A stretch of DNA of 64,000 bases, from NCBI GenBank assembly GCA_049325595.1, contig JBMOLF010000015.1, positions 1 to 64,000 of the forward strand, written 5' to 3'. Position 1 is the stretch's first letter. The number at the start of each line of letters is the position of its first letter. Position numbers and translations under genes: made by a program. Below are positions 57,207-64,000 of this stretch, in pieces. Source of the DNA: Candidatus Babelota bacterium. Its GTDB lineage: Bacteria; Babelota; Babeliae; Babelales; Vermiphilaceae. The notes below the pieces were generated by a model that made no database searches, had not been told where the DNA came from, and saw only the letters and a list, made by a program, of their open reading frames with translations.

Positions 57207-57704
57207 ATGAATAAATTAATACTATTTTTTTGTTTTCTTACTATGATGCACAAAGCTACTGGGCATATTAGTTTAGTGGTAAAGTCTATATATAATGGTA
57301 CTACCGACTCATTGATTGTTTATGATCAAGAATTACAGCCGATTCATATTATCGATCCTTTGCAACTATGTCATACTCATATTGTAAAAAATATTACCTT
57401 GCCAAGCATTATTTTAGCGTTGAGTTTTAGTAGACTTAACAACGGAGTTAAAAAGTCTGTTGCTTTATTTAAAGGGAGCATAGAAGCAGTATCGTATCCG
57501 GCAAGTGAATTTGATTTAATATTGCAATTACGAACCCCACCTACGCTTTCCCCGAGAGATTATTATCAGATAAAGCAAAGATATTCTTATGCGCCAATTC
57601 TTAGTAAGCAAGAGTCTTGGACCTTTAATATTGGCATTTATATATCTGAAAATGTTGAAGATAGCCATATTGCCGTTTCTCGAGCTATAAAAATAAGAAG
57701 ATAA
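57207..57704 (+). CDS. Hypothetical exported protein, array member 4
   Basis: Signal; GHISLVVKSIYNGT; ESWTFNIGI. Confidence 0.65.
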   Translation: MNKLILFFCFLTMMHKATGHISLVVKSIYNGTTDSLIVYDQELQPIHIIDPLQLCHTHIVKNITLPSIILALSFSRLNNGVKKSVALFKGSIEAVSYPASEFDLILQLRTPPTLSPRDYYQIKQRYSYAPILSKQESWTFNIGIYISENVEDSHIAVSRAIKIRR

Positions 57705-57729
57705 AAATATAAAAAAGGAGAAAAATAGC

Positions 57730-58215
57730 ATGAAAAAAATATTATTACTATTTGCTATGTTAAATGCTTCTTTGCAAGGACAAGTGCGGTTGGTAATTGA
57801 ATCTATAACTAATTTAACCAATTTTTCTGTTCAAGTTATGGATAGTAAATATAAACAAATAGCGACTATTGAATCTAAAAAAACATATTCTCAAGAAATA
57901 GTACATGAATTTTTGGCTCAAAATTGGTATGAACTTAATTTTTATCAAATAAGACAAGCAGGAAGGGCGCCATTAGCGCGTTTTGAGGCGGTATTTAACA
58001 CGAGAATTAATGACCCAATAGCAAATTTTATCTTAACATTATTGCCAATACCAAAACTTGGTGAATATGAACCTTTTTTTACAATCGAGCAAAGTTATAA
58101 TTTTGAACCGATAAGAAATGAAGAAGAAAGTTGGACATTTAGGGTAAAAATAGAGCTTAGGGATAATACAGATTCTCTAATTTTTTTCAAAAGAGAAATA
58201 GCAGAACGCAGATAA
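57730..58215 (+). CDS. Hypothetical exported protein, array member 5
   Basis: AAGGAG RBS; GQVRLVIESITNLT; ESWTFRVKI. Confidence 0.65.
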   Translation: MKKILLLFAMLNASLQGQVRLVIESITNLTNFSVQVMDSKYKQIATIESKKTYSQEIVHEFLAQNWYELNFYQIRQAGRAPLARFEAVFNTRINDPIANFILTLLPIPKLGEYEPFFTIEQSYNFEPIRNEEESWTFRVKIELRDNTDSLIFFKREIAERR

Positions 58216-58295
58216 AGTCTTTTAGATGACGAGGATGTTTTTTTGAGCTACACTAGAACCAAAAAATAGCATGATATTTATCCTATAGGTTCTCG

Positions 58296-59942
58296 ATGAA
58301 TTCTCTTACCTCACTTTACCAAGCGTTTGAATATTATTTAAAAAATCAGTATGCATTAGATGAACAAACGCTTGCAGTAGCTCAATTTTCATTAAATGTT
58401 GATACTGCTAAGCAACAATTTGGCGATCTTAACAGTTCTGCTCCTATGGTTATCGCCAAAAAAGTAGGGAAAAATCCGCGCCTTATTGCGCAAGAAATAA
58501 TAAATGGCTTTTCCCACGAAGCTTTAAAAGAAATTCAAATAGCGGGACCAGGTTTTTTAAATGCCTCTTTTACCGAAAAAGCATTGCAAGACATAGCTCA
58601 TGATGCTCTTGTTAATAAAGAATTTTTCTTTAAACCAGAAATGCCTACAAGGCCTTCGGTTAATATTGAATTTGTTAGTGCAAATCCAACTGGCCCTCTT
58701 CATTTAGGCCATGGCCGTGGGGGCATTATTGGCGATGTGCTTGGCAATGTTATGCGCTTTTGCGGATTACATGTTGCTAAAGAGTTTTATATAAATGATG
58801 CGGGTAACCAAATAGCTCGTTTAGGTGAATCGTTTAAAATACGTTGTCAGCAAATTGCCGGACTATCAGTTTCTGTACCTGAAGATGGATACCGCGGTGA
58901 TTATTTAATTGATCTTGCAAAGCAGTGCTTTGCTGAATATGGCATGAGTGTTCTTGAAAAACCTGACCAGTTTTTCGCCGATTATGCAAAACAACATTTA
59001 CTTGAGCAACAAAAAGAAACTTTAGCCCAATATGGCATTATCTTTGATGTATGGTTTTCTGAAAAGCAGTTACACGATTCAGGTGCCGTAGCGCAAGCAA
59101 TTGCTTATTTACAAGAACGTGGATTTATTTATGAGGCTGAAGGGGCGTTATGGTTTGCATCTACCCGATTTGGTGATGACAAAGATCGTGTTGTTCGTAA
59201 AACAACTGGTGAATGGACCTATGTTGCTGCAGATATTGCCTATTTGCGCAATAAAATTGATCGTGGATTTACTAAGCTTGTTATGATCTTAGGACATGAT
59301 CATCATAGTTATGTTGTTCGTTTACAAGGTATTTTAAAAGCCTTAGGCTACACCGATGTAACGCTTGATGTGATTTTATATCAATTGGTCACCATGAAAG
59401 CAAGCGGCCAGTTAGTGCAAATGTCAAAACGCGCAGGAACTATGGTTACCTTGCACGACGTTATAGATACCGTTGGCACTGATGTAGCACGCTTTTTCTA
59501 TCTAAACAGAAAAGCAGACGCGCAACTTGAATTTGATCTCGATTTAGCACTTAAAAAAACAGAAGAAAATCCTGTCTATTATTTACAATATGCCTATGTA
59601 AGAACGAATAGTCTTCTTGCCAAAGCAAAACAAGAAGGATTTAATACTATATCTGCAGAAGATGTAAAAGGGCTAGGTGCTGATGAAGCACTTTTAATTA
59701 AAAAAATGGCTTCTTTAAAACAAGTATTGGCAAATATTACTACGCACTATCAAACGCATACACTTACCTATTATTTATTGGAATTAGCTGATATTTTTCA
59801 CCGCTATTATGCACACCATCGTATTATTGGTGCCGACAATGAAAAACAAACTCGTGCTCGCTTGGCTCTGGTGATGATGGTTAATCAATGCTTTGGAACA
59901 GTACTTGAATTGCTAGAAATTTCACGTCCAGAGAAAATGTAA
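58296..59942 (+). CDS. argS: Arginine--tRNA ligase
   Basis: AGPGFLN, EFVSANPTGPLHLGHGR, MSKRAG, NPVYYLQYAY.R, C-terminal PEKM. Confidence 0.97.
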   Translation: MNSLTSLYQAFEYYLKNQYALDEQTLAVAQFSLNVDTAKQQFGDLNSSAPMVIAKKVGKNPRLIAQEIINGFSHEALKEIQIAGPGFLNASFTEKALQDIAHDALVNKEFFFKPEMPTRPSVNIEFVSANPTGPLHLGHGRGGIIGDVLGNVMRFCGLHVAKEFYINDAGNQIARLGESFKIRCQQIAGLSVSVPEDGYRGDYLIDLAKQCFAEYGMSVLEKPDQFFADYAKQHLLEQQKETLAQYGIIFDVWFSEKQLHDSGAVAQAIAYLQERGFIYEAEGALWFASTRFGDDKDRVVRKTTGEWTYVAADIAYLRNKIDRGFTKLVMILGHDHHSYVVRLQGILKALGYTDVTLDVILYQLVTMKASGQLVQMSKRAGTMVTLHDVIDTVGTDVARFFYLNRKADAQLEFDLDLALKKTEENPVYYLQYAYVRTNSLLAKAKQEGFNTISAEDVKGLGADEALLIKKMASLKQVLANITTHYQTHTLTYYLLELADIFHRYYAHHRIIGADNEKQTRARLALVMMVNQCFGTVLELLEISRPEKM

Positions 59943-60165
59943 AACTTCTAAAAATGGACAAATAGAAAATATTTGATATACTATAAAGATATCGAAGTTG
60001 ATTGCCTTGTAAGGAATATTTTAATGAATTATATCGCATTAATATTCTTGAAAGGTTTCTGTATGAGTCTAAATGGAGGTCCCATAATGACCAATGACAC
60101 GTAGAAATGTATTGGTTGGCGATTTTCTAAATAGTGCTGATGATGAGTAATAAATGGAGAAGAAC

Positions 60166-61638
60166 ATGATTAGAAAATTATACTCATTAATTATATTTTT
60201 CCTGCTAATAGTGGCTTTGGGCAATGCGCAAGAGCATTCGCTTGCTGAGCAAGCGTTTTTAATGGATATTCCCCATGAATCAGGCGATAAATTAACAAGT
60301 GATGGAATTACGCATCCTTCTTTTTCAACCTGGAAAAGATCATGCAATCAATTGCCAATAGGTTATTTGCGACAGGATAAAGCGTCAGAATTATTAACAA
60401 AAGAAGCACTATTGGAAGTATTAAACGTATTTTTGGCACATAATGAAATTGAGTTAAAAAAAATATCATGGGTAGAAAATAAGCAATTGCCAGAAGAATT
60501 TTTTGAAAAAAATAACTCGCTTTATTATCCACATGTGCAAAAATTGATATTGCCAACTAATGCTAAAGTAGCATTGCATGGCGATATTCATGGTGATATT
60601 CACTCTTTGAGTGGTTATATTACTTATTTGCAAAATGCCAATTTTCTTAATGATTCATTTAAAATTATAGATCCGTGCTTTTATATGATATTTCTGGGTG
60701 ATTATGTTGATCGTGGTTCGTATGGTGCAGAAGTTATTTATACCTTATTAAGACTTAAAATTGCAAATCCTGATCACGTTTTTTTAGTGCGCGGCAACCA
60801 TGAAGATATTGATCAAAACACGGGTGATTTTAAAAATGAAATTTTTGCAAAATTTAAAAAAGATAGTTTGCCTATAATGCGTGCTATCAATTGTATGTAT
60901 CAAAGATTGCCGTTAGCATTATATCTTGGCGCAGGCACAAAACCTGAATATGTTTTATGTTGTCATGGGGGCATTGAATGGGGTTATGACCCAGCACAAT
61001 TGCTTGCCAGTTCCCCTGCGCGTTCAGCAGAACCTTTACCAGTTTTAGATAGAGTAAAACATATTGAAAATTTACCTGAAGTTAAAAAAGTTATTGCACA
61101 GGTAATAAAAAATTTTCCAGCGCATCAAGTTGAATATCAAGATGACATTCAACCTAAAAGTCCACAACATCCTATAACTAATGGATTTATGTGGTTTGAT
61201 TTTCATACTGAAAAAGATCAAGAGCTTCCTTATGTTGCATTTAGTGTAAGGCGAAGTTGGACATTAGGACAAAAAGTTTCAGAAGCATTACTTGCTAAAA
61301 ATAATATTAAAGCTGTTTTTCGTGCACATCAGCATGGGGATGAAAAAATGATGAATTTAATATTAAAAAAGCATAAGAATGACTATGATGCCGATGCCGG
61401 TGTTTGTAAATTATGGAATGCTGATGATGTTAAACCGGGCCAACTTAAAGAAGGGATGGTGCTTACTTTTTGCGTGTCGCCTCATAATGGGTTTGGACAA
61501 GCAAAGGGTTATAACTATGATTCATTTGGCATTCTCCATCTTGCACCTTCATTTGAACAATGGCGTTTAGATATGCAAAGAATTGATGCTGAGGGCCAAC
61601 CTATTGTTGAAATAAATCAAGCTGTTGAGCAAAAGTAA
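60166..61638 (+). CDS. Exported PPP-family (calcineurin-like) Ser/Thr phosphatase
   Basis: GDIHGD, GDYVDRG, VRGNHE, CCHGGI, RAHQ motifs; signal peptide ..GNA-QE. Confidence 0.85.
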   Translation: MIRKLYSLIIFFLLIVALGNAQEHSLAEQAFLMDIPHESGDKLTSDGITHPSFSTWKRSCNQLPIGYLRQDKASELLTKEALLEVLNVFLAHNEIELKKISWVENKQLPEEFFEKNNSLYYPHVQKLILPTNAKVALHGDIHGDIHSLSGYITYLQNANFLNDSFKIIDPCFYMIFLGDYVDRGSYGAEVIYTLLRLKIANPDHVFLVRGNHEDIDQNTGDFKNEIFAKFKKDSLPIMRAINCMYQRLPLALYLGAGTKPEYVLCCHGGIEWGYDPAQLLASSPARSAEPLPVLDRVKHIENLPEVKKVIAQVIKNFPAHQVEYQDDIQPKSPQHPITNGFMWFDFHTEKDQELPYVAFSVRRSWTLGQKVSEALLAKNNIKAVFRAHQHGDEKMMNLILKKHKNDYDADAGVCKLWNADDVKPGQLKEGMVLTFCVSPHNGFGQAKGYNYDSFGILHLAPSFEQWRLDMQRIDAEGQPIVEINQAVEQK

Positions 61639-61672
61639 ATTGTGATAAACAGACTTTCTAAAATAATTCATA

Positions 61673-61697
61673 AGGCCTCGTTTTAGGGGCCTTTTTT
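61673..61697 (+). terminator. Intrinsic terminator
   Basis: AGGCCTC-gtttta-GGGGCCT followed by T-run. Confidence 0.55.
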
Positions 61698-61737
61698 ATG
61701 AAGTTTTGCAATTGTCTATGAGTAGTATAAACTGTTA

Positions 61738-62865
61738 ATGTATAAAAACTTTTTACTAATAGCACCCATGCATTCTTCTTTACTCTTACATTTATCATTA
61801 ATACCTTCTATTGGTCCTGCTACTATTGATGCATTAATTAAACGGTTACCTAGCGAACTGCTTGCGCAGATTTATCAACTTACTGCAACTGATATTATGC
61901 ACTATAGCGGGTTGTCTTACAAAATTGCTCATACTATAGTAACTGGTCTTGCTGATAAGAAAATTCTTGAAGATGAATTGTTGCTGATTGATAAATATCA
62001 TATTAATTGGGTAACTCGATACGAAGTTGATTATCCCCTATCCTTGCAACATATAACTGCTCCGCCGACAATTTTGTATTATCAAGGAGTTTTACCTGCT
62101 GATTGTAAAGGATTTGCAGTGGTAGGTTCACGCGAAGCTGATTATTATGGCCGATCTGTTATTGATCAGCTGGTTCCTTGTTTAGTGCAAGCTGGTTATT
62201 CTATTATAAGTGGTGGCGCTAAGGGCGCTGATACTATGGCGCATCAAGCAGCTCTTAATGCTCAGGGCAAAACTATAGCTATTCTAGGTTCTGGTCTCTT
62301 AAAGCCATATCCTTTGCAAAATAAAAAGTTATTTGAGGCTATTACTGCTTCTGGTGGTGCTGTAGTAAGTTCTTTTGCTCTTAATACAACAGCCATGCCA
62401 GGTAACTTTCCTGCCCGTAATCGAATTATAGCTGGCATGAGTATGGGATGCTTAGTGGTACAAGCAGCAGCACAAAGTGGTGCACGAATTACGGCTCAAT
62501 ATGCCCTTGAGCAAGGCCGAACAGTATTTGCAGTTCCTGGACTTATTACCAACCCCTTAAGTATGGGGTGCCATGAGCTTATTAAGCAGGGAGCTCATCT
62601 GGTTTCAGGTATAGAAACCATTTTTGAAGGATTGGGGTATGAGAGTATTGGGTCATCATCCCTGCCAATAAAAGAAACATTTTCCAACCAAGATGCCAGT
62701 GAAACTAATTTAATTGTCTCCCTATGTACCACTGCTCGGACTCTTGAAGAATTGCTAGAAGCAACGGGGTTGTCTATGGTCCAACTGATGGCCGACTTAT
62801 TTGAATTGCAATTGCAAGGTAAGGTTATTCAGGATGGGGCAGGCTTATGGCAGAGAAATAGCTGA
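61738..62865 (+). CDS. dprA: DNA-processing protein DprA
   Basis: AVVGSR, ISGGAKGADTMAH, FPARNRIIAG, SGARITA..ALEQGR.VFAVPG. Confidence 0.95.
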   Translation: MYKNFLLIAPMHSSLLLHLSLIPSIGPATIDALIKRLPSELLAQIYQLTATDIMHYSGLSYKIAHTIVTGLADKKILEDELLLIDKYHINWVTRYEVDYPLSLQHITAPPTILYYQGVLPADCKGFAVVGSREADYYGRSVIDQLVPCLVQAGYSIISGGAKGADTMAHQAALNAQGKTIAILGSGLLKPYPLQNKKLFEAITASGGAVVSSFALNTTAMPGNFPARNRIIAGMSMGCLVVQAAAQSGARITAQYALEQGRTVFAVPGLITNPLSMGCHELIKQGAHLVSGIETIFEGLGYESIGSSSLPIKETFSNQDASETNLIVSLCTTARTLEELLEATGLSMVQLMADLFELQLQGKVIQDGAGLWQRNS

Positions 62866-62869
62866 TTTT

Positions 62870-62897
62870 TTGCAATTTGCGCATTATTTGCTATAAT
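62870..62897 (+). promoter_or_regulatory. Sigma70-type promoter of rpmF
   Basis: TTGCAA-16 nt-TATAAT with extended TGn. Confidence 0.5.
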
Positions 62898-62952
62898 AAG
62901 CCCATAACTTTAAAAAAATTAATACACATTCAGCGATTTCATTGAGGAAAGT

Positions 62953-63216
62953 ATGCCAGTACCAAAGCGTAAACGTTCTCGTGCACGTAGAGATTCCCGT
63001 TTTGCAAATAAAGGGATTAAAGCTAAATCATTCGGTTCTTGCAAAAACTGCCAAGCACCTATCATGTCACACCAAGTATGTAAAGAGTGTGGTCACTATA
63101 AAGGTAAAAAAGTATTGGTGACTAAATCTGAAAGAGCATTAAAGCGCAATGAAGCAAAACAAGCGCAAAAAGCTCGTACTACATCACCAGAACCGGTTTC
63201 ACAAGAAGCGGAATAA
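62953..63216 (+). CDS. rpmF: 50S ribosomal protein L32 with C-terminal extension
   Basis: MPVPKRKRSRARRDSR, CKNC...HQVCKECGHYKG. Confidence 0.95.
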   Translation: MPVPKRKRSRARRDSRFANKGIKAKSFGSCKNCQAPIMSHQVCKECGHYKGKKVLVTKSERALKRNEAKQAQKARTTSPEPVSQEAE

Positions 63217-63221
63217 AAACA

Positions 63222-63257
63222 TAATCGCTCATTCAGCGCTTGTTGAATGAGCGATTA
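63222..63257 (+). terminator. Hairpin after rpmF
   Basis: TAATCGCTCATTCA-gcgcttgt-TGAATGAGCGATTA 14-bp perfect stem; no clear U-tract. Confidence 0.55.
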
Positions 63258-63334
63258 ATCTATAGACCGCTTAGATTCTATCGGTAATCTTTAATTTTTA
63301 CTTTATACTGCTGGTAACGGGGAGTTAAAAAAGC

Positions 63335-64000
63335 ATGTCTAATTATTATCAAAATAATTCTGAAAAAAAATTTGATTTCTCATCATTAACATCCGAAAAA
63401 AATGTATCCATAGCGCTTACGGCACTTGTGGCAATAGGGTTATTGATAGGAGGATGGTTTTGGTATCGTTCATATACACTTTCACAAGTTCAAGCGGCAC
63501 AAAAGGTGCTTTCTTCGTGTTTAGCAGAATATGAAAAAGTCCGTGCGGGTGGTTCTTTGGCGCAATGGCAAACATTGGATGCTATGTGCTCAGCTGGCTA
63601 TGAAAAACATAAAAATAGTCCGGTTGCTCCCTATTTCTTGGCAATACAAGCTGATGCGTTTTTAGCACAAGGTAAAATAAATGAGGCGCTTGCTCTTTTA
63701 GATAAAATGGTAACTGGCTTACCAACTATGTCTCCTATGTACTATCTTTACCAAACCAAGAAAGCATTAGTAGGTCTTGATCAAGATGAAGATACATTAA
63801 AGCAAAGCGCTCTTAATGAGTTAGAAAAGCTTGCCTATAATAACGATAATCCAAATGCAGATTATGCCCTATATTATTTAGGTGAATACTATTGGCATGA
63901 GAAAAAAATAGATCAAGCACGTCAAGTTTGGCAGGATTTAGAAACACGTTTTAAATCCGATTCAAAAAATGGCCAATCTCCATGGGCGGTTCTTGCACAA
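63335..64000 (+). CDS. Membrane-anchored TPR protein (YfgM-like), truncated by the window end
   Basis: Open frame from ATG 63335 to the end: TM ..LVAIGLLIGGWFWYRSY, then TPR-like helices (QGKINEALALL, ALYYLGEYYW..IDQARQVW). Confidence 0.7.
   Translation, partial: MSNYYQNNSEKKFDFSSLTSEKNVSIALTALVAIGLLIGGWFWYRSYTLSQVQAAQKVLSSCLAEYEKVRAGGSLAQWQTLDAMCSAGYEKHKNSPVAPYFLAIQADAFLAQGKINEALALLDKMVTGLPTMSPMYYLYQTKKALVGLDQDEDTLKQSALNELEKLAYNNDNPNADYALYYLGEYYWHEKKIDQARQVWQDLETRFKSDSKNGQSPWAVLAQ

Noticed and set aside
355..61570. Numerous 60-150-aa ORFs antisense to or nested in known genes (e.g. 4773..5078, 6505..6957, 8341..8634, 28787..29113, 44123..44488, 53826..54167)
   Set aside because: Shadow ORFs of well-supported genes, with no RBS or recognisable motifs.
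1..64000. CRISPR array, rRNA or prophage
   Set aside because: No regularly spaced direct repeats, rRNA-like sequence or phage structural genes seen.

Overview
AT-rich bacterial chromosome segment. The gene content (housekeeping genes interleaved with many signal-peptide-bearing ankyrin, WD40, LRR and orphan proteins) suggests an intracellular parasite of protists, most like Candidatus Dependentiae/Babeliae (TM6); this taxonomy is inferred, not tested. Core genes: cca, tolQRAB-like, ftsH, suhB, rpmB, rpsT, mrdA, xerC, nth, thrS, PIN-PhoH, yidD-rnpA-rpmH, trxB, tig, tRNA-Leu/Lys, frr-pyrH-tsf, grpE, lepA, gyrA, ssb, pgsA, mnmA, argS, dprA, rpmF. The main candidate new system is at 15477-21326. 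It is a tandem pair of paralogous ~900-aa one-component membrane regulators (about 7 TM helices, GAF/PAS-like region, degenerate sigma54-type AAA+ domain, Fis-type HTH). Each is divergently paired with an unannotated small hydrophobic peptide gene (46 aa and 27 aa), and the two peptides share a PP(C)DG motif. This looks like a receptor/peptide (quorum-sensing-like) module. Other highlights: secreted proteins carrying bipartite NLS-like motifs, possible ubiquitin-ligase mimics, a LepA resembling mitochondrial GUF1, an IS5-family end at the left edge, and a five-gene secreted paralog array.
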